From positions 62,001 through 126,000 of the forward strand of contig CDROCS010000186.1 of the NCBI GenBank assembly GCA_977020255.1: a DNA stretch of 64,000 nt, in the 5' to 3' direction. Source of the stretch: Obrimoposthia wandeli (taxonomy: Eukaryota). This document shows, piece by piece, positions 24,301 through 37,868 of this stretch (position 1 is the stretch's first letter; each line of letters starts with the position of its first letter). Both the position numbers and the translations under genes were made by a program. Under the pieces are notes generated by a model. The model had not been told where the DNA came from. It ran no database searches and was given only the letters and a program-made list of their open reading frames with translations.

Positions 24301-27300
24301 TATTTATTTTTTTAGTAAAAAGGGGGCTGCTAATGATTTTATAGTATTTTAAGAAATATTTTATCAAAATTCTCTCAGCAATTCAGGCTGATAAAGTTCT
24401 TTCAGTATATTGATTTTCAATACTAAAATTTTGTTACAAGGGGCAATCTTTCTTTCATCTCTTGTTACGCTTGGGTTACCAAATTACTGCTTAATAATTT
24501 CAGTCTAATCTTTGGCTAGAAGGCCCTAACAAATTTATTTTATTTTTGGAGTTGTCTGGAGAGTTATTGTTAAACTTTAAATATTTTAGGGTTGATTTTG
24601 TCAATAATATTGAGTATATCAGTAGTATTTCATAAATTTATATATTTGTCTGCTTATACAATTTTGGATTGTACGAAACTCTACACTCACATCGTCTGTT
24701 CAATTGCAGAACTCGTGGGTAAACGTGCTACAGCTCATTAGTGAGCACCTCAACAACATCCAGTCCGGCAACGAAATTGGCGCCATCGTGGGAAATTTCT
24801 GTGACGCTGAGACAATGACTGCCATGAAGGACTTCCTCAACGGCTTCGACAGTGAACTGCTCTGTACCGAGGAGAAATTTCCAGATATTGGATCTGGGTA
24901 TGTCGGTATTTCCCACATTTTAATTATTCAAATATTCCATTCAAGACCTTGGTCTCATGGCGTACTTTCCCATACACCGGCACAAAATGATGAAATACAG
25001 TCAATAATTTTATCCTTTTACATCGATTCCAATCGATGTAAATTTCTTTCATAAAGTTATCAATAACATTTCAAAACAGCTTATCTGGTTGTATTTGTTG
25101 GCACAGGAAGCAGAATAACATATTTAACTTCAGAAATGTTTAGGGAATGTTTTCTTGTAAAATTTGTATGTAGCATGATGCAAATTCAAAAATACCGTCA
25201 TTTATCCCTAAATGTTCCTCATGTACCACACTTTGTGAAACATTAGTCTAGTGCAGGTGTCGGGAATATGTGGCTCTTGGTTTGAGAATATGCGGCTCTT
25301 CGTAAAAAGACAAAGGAATTTGGCCATGGAAAATATTTAAATTTTTTATATTAACTAATGTTGTTTTTTGGTTCTACATATAATTGTGAACAATTTTTCT
25401 CGTCTATGAATTTTGTTAAAAATAAATACAGAAGCAGACTAACAGACGAAAGTTTAAAAGCTGTAGTGCAGTTAAAAACTACCAAATATAATCAAAATTT
25501 TAAAAAATTTTAAAAAATTATCTGAAAAGACGCAGGTGCAAAAATTACACTAACTTTTCTGTGAAATATGAATTAATAAAATAACAATATATGAATTTAA
25601 TTAATATTGTGTTTGTTTATTTATTAAGAGAATTTTCTTTATAGTACTTTTCCCATTTAATTTTTATTGCGATTTCGCATTTGTGGCTATATGTTTTTTT
25701 TAATATGGCTCTTAGTTCCAAAAAGGTTCCCGACCCCTGGTATCGTGGTTGAATATCGATTGTTAGCTTCAATCGATTCTATTTTCTCCAGGCTAGTGTA
25801 GGAAATGGCGAGACATTTAGCTTGTGTTACTGCAGGACAGACATTCGATCAAACTACATCATGAACTCCAAGATCGAGGGCATTGAGGAGGCTGACCTGA
25901 TGTTACTGGTTGGCACCAACCCTCGGTTCGATGCCTCAATCGTCAACACCCGCATCCGCAAGGCCTGGGTTCACAATGAGCTTGATGTCGCTCTCATTGG
26001 TAGCGAGGTCGATCTCACCTACGAATACGAGGTTTGACCTCAAACTACAGATTCTGCCTTCATACTTCTAAAATTCTACGTCAGTTAAACTATACGTCCT
26101 ATATTTTTAACATATAAAATCTATCTAATTTCGATTAAATATTCAGCAAACATTAAAGGGGTTTAAAATAACAAAATGTCTAGAGTGTAGATAAATTTTA
26201 AAATTTTATAGTACAGTTTAAAATAATTTTGATTATAAACAATTTTAATTTCATGAGGAATTAGTTTAAAAGATAGATTTTCAAACTTTGGCCTGGGGAG
26301 GATGTTTGTCAGTCTGCGAATGCATTCGGGAAATATTCAGTTAAATTCTAGGGTTTTCGTGGAGTGTGAACTGAGAAATATATATTTCGTGTTTTAAAAA
26401 GATTGGAAAACTTTGATTTACAAATGTTTTAAATATTTAGAATATATTTTATCATCTGTGATATCGGTACAATAAAATAACTAACTAAAAGCGAAATCTT
26501 CAAAAAACAACAATACTAATGTTTAAATGTAAAAATTAAAAACTGAACATGTTGATTCAAAATAACTATTATTTTATATTCCTATTAATTCACGAAATAC
26601 AGTTAATTAGAAATTAATACACTCAGTCAAGCTGAATTCCATAACCTATAATAAAAAGAAATTGACGATAGACACACACTAATAAAAACTTACCAAATGA
26701 TTAAATGATTACCATAATGAAAAATAAATATATGGACGCATATATATACTAACATGCATGGGTAGAAAAAAGGTGTGATTTTAATATATAGGTCAAAGAA
26801 ACAAAATGAATACCATAACGAAAAATGAATATCAACATAGAAAACGACCAAAATGCAGTTTTTATGTGTTATCTGACGTTTTGGACGAATCTAATACCAC
26901 AGAAAGGTAATTTAAGTAATATATTTTAAAATTTTAGTCATAAATAGAGCAGAAAATGAATCAAGAGGAACGCATCTCGAGAAAAAAAATCAAATTGCTC
27001 AATTTAATGCTTGTAGGTCATCTTTAGAGGATAAACAAATACTATTTGATGTATATATAAATGGGGAGGATTATTTTATTTTTGCACGACAACAATGAAT
27101 AAATAAACGTAGCGCGAGATTTAGCGTATTCAGATTTAGATAAACACATAAGATTACAAGAGGTCCGATAGGCTGTTCAAAACCTAAAATCATGGAGTCA
27201 GCAGGAAACTTGCTAATGATTGAATTAGATAATACTCCGTTTATATCCCTTCGAGATATGGTGGACTTTCTGAAGGCTCAGACAATCCGGTGTACGCCAA

Positions 27301-30300
27301 TGATTGCCCCATTTCCTGTATGAAAAAAAGATAGGTTCAAACTATACAGGGACACTGAAAGAAAATGATCGGACATGTTATACTTGAAGAAACAACTTAA
27401 GATCGAGTAAAAAACATGGCTAAGATTGTGGAAAAGGAGCTCAAGCTTGAAGATTACAAAGATCTGCAAACTTACTACAAGCATATAAGAAAGATTTTTG
27501 AAAAACATCTAATAGAAGAAGATGTGCTTGCCGACTAATTAATAAATTACTCACTTTTTTTACTTTTAATTTGATTTGACTTGACTATATTCATAAAATA
27601 AATCCAAATTATTCTAATAATTATATATGTAATCGTATGTATTTCTTTATAGTCATCTTTTTTCTCTTAGTTCTACAGTCTATGTATGCATCCAACATTT
27701 GTTTCGTGAATTATTATAAAATTGTGACAGTTAATTTGAATTAGCCTGTAAATATTTTATAAAGTTCTAAACATTGTTTAAATTCAATAAGCGATTTCAG
27801 TGTGAAGTTATGAAGCTACTGTTATTGTGTAAGTGTTTATTACAGTATCTCGGAGACAAGGCAGAAACTATCGGCCAGATCGCAAACGGCAAGCACCCTT
27901 TTTGTGAGGTATGTACTTGACAATGCAATATTTTTAAGTGACCATAAATAAAAACATCTTTGTTCATTAGGAAATGCAACCTTATACATATTCTAGACAT
28001 ATGCATGAGTGTTTAGACAATGTATTATTGATGAGAAATAATATAATTAGGGTAGAGTATTTTCAGGCAGGCATACGTGTATATAGAGTTGCCTTATTGT
28101 TAGTCAACATTTTAGATTAAAACGACTAAATCAATTTTGAATATATGTTAAGGACCTGACAGTTTTTTTTCATGCATTACGTTTAAGAAAAATAAAACTG
28201 CTTCATTTAATTATAATTAATAATCATTTATTACTCTTACTCAGGGGTTCCGTAGACAAAATCAGCGGTTCTGAGAGCTGAAATTTAATTTTAAAAATTA
28301 ATTTACAAAAATTGCATTGACGTTACTCCCTAAGCATATGCCTACTATAACTACTTAATAAATACTTCATTAGTTAAACTTTACATTTTTTCTTCAATTT
28401 TCAATATAAATAATTTTTATTCTTCACTTTATGGTTTTAAGTTTTATTTAAATAGGTAGGGCTTCCAATATTTTTTTCGATATCAAAGAGATCGAGGCCA
28501 CAAATGTTTGGGAGCCGCTGCTCTAACTTAACTATATGTATAATTATAATGCCACATACAGTCTGACATTGTTAATAAATTAATTTGGAGTGTTAAAGTA
28601 TTCAGTAGTTAAGATCTGCTCTTACATGCAGAAACTGAAGGCAGCCAAGAAACCCATGATCATAGTGGGGTCTGAGTGTCTTGAACGGAAGGATGGTGGT
28701 ACCATTCTCGGTCATCTGCTGGTGGCCAGTGAACACCTCAAGTCTGGGGACTGGCCAGTCTTCAATGTGCTCCACAAGGTGACATCACTCATCCCTTTAT
28801 TTCGTTTTGCTACGTATATAATTGGCATTAGAAGCGTAGTTGTATCTAGGAAAGCAAATGATTAAAAATACTGGGTGTGTAACGTCCTCAACTTATTATC
28901 AATATTTAAATCGGTACGATGTATGGATTTCTTCTTAAAAGTCGCACTATTTAATACAAATTACTCGTCGGCCATTTTAGGTAAGCAGAACGGGCGATGT
29001 GTAGTGAAACAATAATAAATATCGCGTTGATCCGTACTGATATCTGCATCAGGTCTTCCAGGTGAGCAATGTAGTTGGTTCATCCCATATCACAACTTAT
29101 GCTTGTAGTGGTCAGTACAGTCCCATTCGATTTTCTTCACTGTACATTATTTCCCAAATTATATTCATGACTATATCTCTTATCTCAAAGTCGATATGTT
29201 TTTCTTTTCCAAACCATGTTCAGCCTTTCTCATTGATCTTTAGGTTAATAATAACCGTCTAATTGACATTCTTCATTGCATGTCATAGTCTTCCAGACAA
29301 TATTGATAGCCTTCTTGATGCAGAACGCTAGTCAAGTAGCTGCCCTCGATCTGGGATACAAGCCTGGACCTCAAGCAGTGCTGGCCGCCAAGCCCAAAGT
29401 TATATTCCTCCTGGGCACGGATCGAGGTACTCTGAAGCGCACCGACCTACCCAAGGACTGCTTCGTTATTTACATTGGTCAGTTGTGCATTTCACTTCAC
29501 CAAACTAAATATTTTTTAAATAAGACCAATGTGCGATAAATTGCTTCTCCATAATTTTATTAATTATTATTTTAATAAGTATTATGGATCTTATATGATA
29601 TTTTTCACTACCACCCACGATAAGCATAGTTAATGACTAAGGTTCCCTGACATGGTACATGCATGTTACAGGTCACCATGGTGACAATGGGGTGCTGTTG
29701 GCGGATGTGGTGCTGCCTGGTGCATCATACACGGAGAAGCAAGGCACCTATGCTAATACAGAGGGTCGCAGTCAAGAGACACAGATGGTGGTGAGCTCTC
29801 CCGGAGACGCCCGGGACGACTGGAAAATCATTAGGGCACTCTCTGAGATGTGTGAGGGCCGCGCGCTCCCATACGACACGGTGATGGAGTTGCGTGACCG
29901 CATCTGGGAGTTGGCGCCGCACCTGACCCAGTACGGTACATGTGAGACCTCTGCTCTCCTCGCGACAGAGGCAGCACAGCTGGCTAAAGTAAGGCACCCA
30001 TTTCATGTGATGCTATCTGAAACCCTTTCTCTAGTGTTGTCCCATGTTATCAGATCAGCTTCTTTATATTTTTTTGGAAAATCCCTGAATTTTGTGATGT
30101 TTGTATTCATTTCTTGCACCTGAAAAGTCAATTTCTGCATCTGCTCAAAAATGTCAACCAAATAGGCAAGCTGCATGCTCTATTCTTCATCATCCAATCA
30201 CACAAACAATCTATCGTACCGTGAACTCCAATAAATCATTTTATCTCACCTCTAAGCTTAAATAGTCGCTTAATTACATTTCCTCTTAATTACATTTATG

Positions 30301-32438
30301 TTAGAAAAAGGCAAATGCATATTATTAAATTCTAAATGAAGGGTGGTTTGCTGAGAGCTCCTTTGACAAAATTTCAATTTGCATTTTTTGATTCACATCC
30401 TTCGCTATTAGAACTGAAATTGATTTTGACACCAATGCCTGATGATGAATTATACAAATATTTTCACTTTTAATGCAGGATTTCTTACACAAACCTGAAT
30501 CCCATATTTTGTACCCAGCACTATAGATTAAATCCAATAAAAGTCTTTCTATTTCGCAGAAAATTTTTTATTCCAAAATATCCTTAGTACTTATTCCAAG
30601 AGGAAAGCAAAATAGAAACTCATATTTAAATGAACCTATGTGAACATGCATTGATAACACAATAGTCGATTCATCAAGAGGGATTGTAAATCCGCTAAAT
30701 GATACTAACTGGTTTTTATGTATAGCTTGATTCTGAATACTGGGATCCCAATTTGTCCTGTAACTATGAAATACCCTCTCTGGTTGAGAATATATTCTAG
30801 TATTTTAGTGATGTTTTATTTCTGATTTTAGTTAATCGCATAAAACTTTACTTTTAAAAAAATACTTTAAATTAGTACTTGTTTTATACGTTTTATTAAA
30901 ACACAAGTAGAAGTAGAATACATTTATATTACTTACAAGGAAACGTACTTTAGGTGTTATAAAAATTAGGAGTTCGGAATTTGTATAAAAATTATGAAAT
31001 AAATTCTACTTATAAAAGTAATTTCATTATCTGCTAGTTTACAGTATATAAAAAGTTATCGAATGAAATAATTATGTGATAAATTTATAAATGTGTTTAA
31101 ATATATTAAATAATAGAAACACTAACGCGATTATATGAATAAATACCAAATAAAAATTAATTACCTTAAAATATTAAATTGTTATTGGTTTAAAATAAAA
31201 CCTTACCAAATTCCTATTGGATTTTAAAATTCAAAACATTATTTCAACTAGTGCGCTTAAAATTTTGGATTTAAATTATTTAAAATTAAACCAAATCATA
31301 AAATTTATTTTATAAAAATTTAATACATATTACTTTTTTATTATAAATAAATAGCAGCTAAAACTACATTTTTAATATTGCAATATATTATGTTTATCAT
31401 ATACTAAAATTTCGCTGAGTTCATTTTATGACCGTGCGAAACGTTTCCTTGTTAGATATATTACAGAAATTGTTTCCAATATTAAAAAATTATAAAGTTT
31501 GTTATTTTCCACACATGGTTTGAGAAGTAAATTCATAAAGAAACAACCTTTCAATAATGAATTTTTGTGAAACAACAAAACGTCTCTAAATTTATCCCCG
31601 TCCTGTGTGCAATGTTGGGAGTCAAAATTAGCCGTGAACAATTTCAAGAATATGCAAAGCTTGTATTTCAAGTTGATGTTCGTTAAACAAACATTGGTCA
31701 ATTATGTGTGAAACAATATTTTGTACACAAATTTTTATTAGTTTCATTTAGTTCTTTTGTATCAGAATTCCCCATATTGAAAATAGATGATTGGTAAATG
31801 TGACGGGGCACTACAAAATGTAATGTGGGTATCCTTAAATATTTTGAGTTATCAACATGTTCAGAAAACGCATTTTATACGCAAAAAGGATTAATTCGGT
31901 CTCAGCTGTCATATTCACACCACTAACAACAGTATTTGATATGTCCTTTCTAGATTCCTAGAAGAAGCCCTTTGTTTTCAACACATTTTCCAACATTATT
32001 ATGAAAACCAATAAAATTCGCAATGAACAACAGGTACCAAATGTCAGCTTTATGAAGTAGAGTAACTTTCAAACATAGTTTCGATGAATCAATAAACAGT
32101 CTCCTCCTTTAAGAAAAAAGTAAAATGATTTTTAGAGATAAAATTATAATTATGCAATTCTTTTACAATTTTATCGCAATCAGTTTTCATAACTTATTTT
32201 TATTCATGTTGTGTTGTGTTATTTAGTGGAAAACATGTCTGATAGAATTCTTATGCAGGCAGACAAGGGCACAAAGCTGGACAGATCGGTTCCCATCTCA
32301 TCTAGTCTGAGACAGCTAGAGGACTTCTATATGACGGACAGCGTGAGCCGGGCTAGTCAGACGATGGCAAAGTGCCGGAAAGCGGTTGCCGATAGCTACG
32401 CAAAGGAAGATAGTCCGGCACAAAAAGTGGCTCTGTGA
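21360..32438 (+). CDS. NDUFS1: NADH:ubiquinone oxidoreductase 75 kDa subunit, 3' eight exons (5' exons not found in window)
   Basis: Exons 21360-21473, 24710-24897, 25836-26031, 27846-27908, 28632-28778, 29324-29477, 29672-29988 and 32259-32438. All junctions are GT-AG with consistent phases. Translation runs [67 protein letters not shown]. Confidence 0.95.
21716..22260 (-). mobile_element. hAT/Buster (ZBED5/SCAND3-like) transposon 3' remnant
   Basis: [39 protein letters not shown] is a Buster transposase C-terminus. A TIR-like CAGTGCTTTTCAAAC lies at ~21716. Confidence 0.7.
23600..24180 (-). mobile_element. Gypsy LTR retrotransposon 3' remnant: integrase GPY/F tail, PPT and start of 3' LTR
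   Basis: ORF 23889-24170 contains [19 protein letters not shown]. The polypurine tract AAAGAAGAAAAGGGGAAAAG is followed immediately by TGTGGTG at 23768 (minus strand). The LTR end was not located. Confidence 0.7.
25254..25739. mobile_element. hAT-type MITE in an NDUFS1 intron
   Basis: TIRs CAGGTGTCGGGAA / TTCCCGACCCCTG. Degenerate 8-bp TSD GTCTAGTG / GTATCGTG. Confidence 0.75.
27000..27540 (+). mobile_element. Degenerate Tc1/IS630-like transposase remnant
   Basis: [38 protein letters not shown] resembles the HTH region, and [21 protein letters not shown] resembles the C-terminus. The catalytic core is missing. Confidence 0.4.
28242..28520. mobile_element. hAT-type MITE in an NDUFS1 intron
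   Basis: Imperfect TIRs CAGGGGTTCC / GGAGCCGCTG. 8-bp TSD CTCTTACT / CTCTAACT. Confidence 0.65.
30330..31701 (-). mobile_element. Scattered hAT/Buster transposase remnants
   Basis: FTIPLDEST (~30680), [11 protein letters not shown] (~30450) and [17 protein letters not shown] (~31570) resemble the Buster LDESTD, HCxIHxEAL and LLxHTEVRWLSRG motifs. Confidence 0.55.
31850..32090 (-). mobile_element. Small DNA-transposase remnant (possibly Chapaev-like)
   Basis: [19 protein letters not shown] resembles the LLLGLQxGYTKYCCFLCEWDSR transposase motif. The superfamily assignment is from memory. Confidence 0.35.
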
Positions 32439-32905
32439 GAAGCTGCTCAAGTGGTCTAGATTCAGCAAATTAGATGATCTAAGCGACCAACCGCTTGCAG
32501 ATTATGACGATCAGTTACTTAATTAGTAGTAATATCGCTTATTTATAATGTGTTTTTGTTTTGCTTTTGTTACCAAATCCAAATTTCATAACATTTGGAA
32601 ATTCAGTTTTGTTAAATTAAAAACATAATTTCTTGGATACTGAATTTTAAAATACATATTTGTGTTACTTTTACACTTAGTAAGAATTCACAGTAATGGT
32701 AATAATTAAATTACTGTATTGTTATTTGACTTTTTGTTAATTTTATCATATTTTATGAAGGTTTTTAATATTATCTTGTTATTTTATATTAAACTCGTGA
32801 AAACTAGCTTCGACTATATTGGATTTTAGTGCATATTTTTATACTTGTATCTTGCTCGATTGAGTACTATATTTTTCTGTTAATGGGGGCCGGCAATTTC
32901 TAATA

Positions 32906-33855
32906 CAGCAGTCCCTCGATTTGCGTGGGGTTACGTTCTAAAAATAACGCGCAATTCAAACTATAATTAAGGTGATTGTTTCCTATGAACAAAAAAATAT
33001 ATACATTTTGATAAAAAAATTCAATCTGCAAATGTTTAATAATAGTAATGTTTTCTCTAAAAAATCATTGTGCTTCCTTTGTAATAGTTTTTATATAAAA
33101 TATTAATCTTTTTACTAAAACAAAACGTGAAATAAAATCAATAATTAAACTTTATTTACTTATATCTAAACTAAAATGAATTCATTTGACAATTTACCAT
33201 TCCATTTCTTCTTGTGGTGAAGTGTTTGCTATATGCTGTGGTATACGAACTCATACTGGTTTGCTTCCTTGGAATATATTGCGAGATTTCTTTATAAGGT
33301 GCCACATCTAATTCCTATTAAACTTTAATACTCTATCCATGTAACTGAGTTGGGAAGCTAATTTAAAATTCTAAATAATTTTTCAGTTTACTTTTCGTTG
33401 GATCTTTTACAACAGCTTCAGTTTCCTGTTCTCTTTCTGCTTCCAAATGCATCAAAATATATTTTGTAGACAATTCTTCATTGTGTGCCTCAAAGACTTC
33501 AATTACATCCGCTTCATTTAAATCTTGAAATCCGTCTCCTCCAATCCTGTGACTAATTTCAAAGATTTCATCTATTACAGACATTTGAATGTTGGAATTT
33601 TCTGCAAAGCTTTCCTTCCATAAGTTTTTCCTAACTGCGTTCATAGTCGATTAATTTCATCCCAAACAGCCTGAATATTTTTTTCAGCATTAGCATTAAC
33701 CTTTTTAAAAATGAAATTTTCAGGTTATGACATTGAAAAATTGAATATTTTTTAAAATCTTTTTAAAGCTTTTCGAATTTTTTTGTGCAAAATAATTTCT
33801 AGGTGGTAAATACTCAAACACGCATAACAAACCCGCGCTGTTTGAAAGACTACTG
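32906..33855 (-). mobile_element. Internally deleted Tigger/pogo DNA transposon
   Basis: TA-flanked imperfect TIRs, CAGCAGTCCCTCG.. at 32906 and ..GAAAGACTACTG ending 33855. ORF 33363-33644 (EIFEISHRIGGDGFQDLNEADVIEVFEAHNEELS) matches the Tigger transposase C-terminus. Confidence 0.75.
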
Positions 33856-35772
33856 TATTTTAAAGAGGGAGTCTGTCAATCTAAAAAGGTTGGAATCGTC
33901 GATTTAAATTTTAAAATACAGTATTAACTTTTATTTTCTAACAAAATGAATGTTAAATTCTCTAATTAAATAAGGTTTAATGTCAGAATAATATTAGAAA
34001 AACTAAGGAATTAATATAAATTAATAAAACCAATTAAATGTTTAAAGTATAATTATCATGTTTTAAATCATTCCTTAACATTATATTGGACTTCGTAAAA
34101 ACACTGATTTATTTAATGTTAATAAAATTAAATGAAAAAATGTATTTTAAAATGCATTAACTAATAAAATAATATAACTTTGGACTGAACATTGAACTTT
34201 CATAAACTGACTATCATATTAAAGTTTAATTTTATTAATTTTAAAGATTAATTTGATTGACATTATTTCAAGGATTTCGAGTTACTATATTTATATACAC
34301 AATAAGTTTCAATACTACAACTACAATACTTCAATGCCTACAACCTCAATTTTTGGGTACCGTATAAATCCATAGATTAAATGATACCATCATGTATTTT
34401 TTTCCAAGTTAAAAATACGGGCTCATTTTATCTATGACTTTTGCTTTTATACCTTATCAAATCTATAATTATGTTGGGAATTGAAATATATAGTTTAAAT
34501 TAATTTATCAAAGTGCCCACAGTTGAACAGTGATTTTTAAGACAGCGATGATCAGTTTTGATCTTCTGCGTCACGGTGAGAAAATTTCCCACGAAGTAGA
34601 AGATAACACAGATGGAATTATAGCATCATCTATCGATTTTCTGTCTGCCCAATTTTAAGTGCACAACATACACACACCTGATATTTTACTGCCTTTATCT
34701 GTGTAGTGGTGTCAATTTATGTGTGTGTGTCTGCAAATTTATATAATGTCACTTACGAAAGAAATATTAATATTAAATTGTTTAGCATAGAGAGATTGGA
34801 TACAATTTCTAAGACCAATTTTTAAATTGCAACACAAAAGAATAATTATTGCTGAACATATTTATTACTGTTATTACAGAATTCCGAAATTATTGCTTAC
34901 CATTATTATTACTGTTAATACCGAAAACATAAATGATTGCTAACCATCGCTATTAGATTTACTGATTAAAACATAATTTTTAATGATCATTATTTTTATT
35001 GTTATTGATGAAAAAAGAATTTTTGCTTAACATTTTTGTTTCTGTTATCACAGAAGACAGGAATGTTTACTAATGTATTAGTTGGAAATAATAATCTATT
35101 AAAAATATAACAATTATATAAAAACACTAATTTCTATTATAATAAAATTTTTACAATTTTAATACCCTATTTTAACTTGAAAAACATGAATTATGACATC
35201 GTCTTATCTATGGATAAATGGTATCTGCTGTTGACAAACATACAAATTCCAAACTAGATCTTAACGGCATAACTTAATTTTGTCCAAAGTATGTTTCAAC
35301 AATAAAGGGAGAACGTTAGTAATTTTAGTAAACTAAACTAAAATTAACAAAGTTAGATTAATATATATGTTTTTAAAATTCTCACATTTGATGTGCTGAA
35401 TATATTTTGTCCCTGATAATGTTTTCTTCAAAATGATTTAATCCCATATTGTATTTATTCGTTATTTAATCATAAGAAATATAATTATATCTATTTTCAG
35501 TTAATTTTCTTTTGTAAATAATAAAATCGGTTAAAACACAACAACTTCCTTCCTCGATTTTCAATAAATTATTTTAAAAGAAAAAATACTTTACCATCAT
35601 TTTTATAACAAATTTTAAATTACCACCCAAAATAATTTTATACTAGAATAACTAAATTAATTATATATCAATAACTGTTAAAATAAATATTGATAACATT
35701 CAGTTACTGACTATTTAAAGTGCATAATCCCCATTCAGAAATTCTAAGTTGGGTTATAGGGAGAGATTCCGA

Positions 35773-35845
35773 GCAGCGTTAAATCGGTGGTAGAATATGT
35801 GACTTGTAGGTAATGAAATCCGTGGTTCAATTCCCGGTCGAAGCA
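35773..35845 (+). pseudogene. tRNA-derived pseudogene or SINE head (tRNA-Gly-like)
   Basis: A-box-like TCGGTGGTAGAAT and B-box GGTTCAATTCCCGGTCGAAGCA span 73 nt. The acceptor and anticodon stems do not pair properly. Confidence 0.5.
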
Positions 35846-35977
35846 ACTAATTTTCTTTCAAACTTAGCATAATTATTTAAAGCATGCCAAAAAATTTGAC
35901 ACTTACTTTTGGTATTTAATATTTTTTTTATATTTAATCTTTAGTTAGTGCTTCACAGATTTTTATATTATATTAAG

Positions 35978-37868
35978 TGTTAGGATTAGGTTTTTAATAA
36001 AATTAAAAATAAATAATTGTTTTATAGTAAAATGAAAATCCTTGAAAGCAAGGTTGAGAATTAAATAAATTTTAATTTTAAAATCAAGTTAAATTATTAG
36101 GACTAAAATAGGAATAAATATTAAAAGGACCACGAAGGTCGTGTATAATGCGTTATATATAAGGTTAAATTAACTAGTAAAAGTGCAAAAAATAATAAAT
36201 AGCAACGTCAGCACAAAATTAAAGAAAATTAATTAAGAAGGAAATATGAACATAGCAATCAGCCAACGTCAAATTTGCCACGTAAGCACTTTTTAGTGTC
36301 AATCAACTTACCTTTCTTAGCCAGGTGCAAATTCTTCCAGATCCAGGTGCAAGAGACTATAAAAGTCTACTTACCCAACTCAAGAGTGACAGAACAGTAA
36401 TTTCCAGAGAGTCGCTAAATCCAATAAAGGTACTCAGCAGTAGACCTTCCCCCGAATCAATCACGAGAATCGAGACAACGACACCGAGAAAACAGCTGGT
36501 AAGCGCTCCTAAAAAACTGAGCTTATATTGATTTTAGAATTTCATATAGATTCTCGGAATTGCCGATCCTCGCATTAAGCAGTTAATATCGAGCCAGAAA
36601 AATAAAGGACGTGTCAACCACAAGAAGATTATCACTCTCAGCATTTGCAGCATTATCCCGAACTACGGAAAAGCAGAGACGGTTTTGCAGCCAGAAGACA
36701 GGAAAGGATTCGTGCAGAAACAGCCATCGGATATCGAGTTCTCGAGATCACCGTTCCAGAACAGCGAACTTACTGAGGGAAACCCCGGAACACTTGGACG
36801 TTATCTTTCCGGAATTGTCTACGGATTGGAAGGTGAGCCAAGGCGTGTCGCGATAAGTTTGGGATTGCTAAAAATATATTGGTTTTACATAAATTAAAAT
36901 AAATTTCTGGGATTAATAAAAGAAGTTTGAATTGCACTATTTTATATAAAGTGATTAATAAAAGAAGTTTAAATTGCACTAATTGAGATAAAGTGATTAA
37001 TAAAAGAAGTTTAAATTGCACTATTTTATATAAAGTGATTAATAAAAGAAGTTTAAATTGCACGATTTGATATAAAGTGATTAATAAAAGAAGTTTGAAT
37101 TGCACTATTTTATATAAAGTGATTAATAAAAGAAGTTTAAATTGCACTATTTGAGATAAAGTGATTAATAAAAGAAGTTTGAATTGCACTATTTGATATA
37201 AAGTGATTAATAAAAGAAGTTTAAATTGCACTATTTTATATAAAGTGATTAATAAAAGAAGTTTAAATTGCACTATTTTATATAAAGTGATTAATAAAAG
37301 AAGTTTGAATTGCACTATTTGATATAAAGTGATTAATAAAAGAAGTTTAAATTGCACTATTTTATATAAAGTGATTAATAAAAGAAGTTTGAATTGCACT
37401 ATTTTATATAAAGTGATTAATAAAAGAAGTTTGAATTGCACTATTTTATATAAAGTGATTAATAAAAGAAGGTTTACTAAATTACCTTGTCACAGCTGAG
37501 AGTACAGACTCTAGCGACCAACCCACCCTAAAGTAATATCGATACGTGGTTCATCCCCACTGGTGTAGAGACTTACAGAAGTCTTAGGAATTTTTACTAT
37601 ACTTTTTAGAAGATACGTACGTAAACGTATTGTTGTGTTTTAGTCTAGTGTGTTACCAATAAACGATTTCCTACATTAGAAAACGTTGTTTTAAACCCTT
37701 CAGATTAAGAGACATAAAAAACAAACACTTTCAGATAAGTAATTGAGACAGGCAACCATAACATTAAGTAGGCCACGACCAACTTTAAGACCTGCTTCTA
37801 TCAGAACTCACGTTGGGGCCCTCCGCACACAAGAGGATCTATACAAGTCTCGTATAGAAACCCCAACA
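35978..37868 (+). mobile_element. Long solo LTR (1891 bp), copy X2, same family as 18783-20610
   Basis: TGTTAGG...CCCCAACA with perfect TSD TAAG (35974-35977 and 37869-37872). It shares AGGACCACGAAGGTCGTGT, TATATAAGG (36156-36164) and a ~330-bp 3' block (37536-37868) with X1. AATAAA at 37658. Confidence 0.8.
36911..37470. repeat. 42-bp tandem repeat, ~13 copies, inside solo LTR X2
   Basis: Unit GATTAATAAAAGAAGTTTAAATTGCACTATTTTATATAAAGT. It explains the repetitive ORF 36770-37441. Confidence 0.95.

Noticed and set aside
36770-37441. 223-aa repetitive ORF (QFKLLLLITLYKIV)n
   Set aside because: It is a by-product of a 42-bp tandem repeat whose length is a multiple of 3. There is no independent sign of coding.
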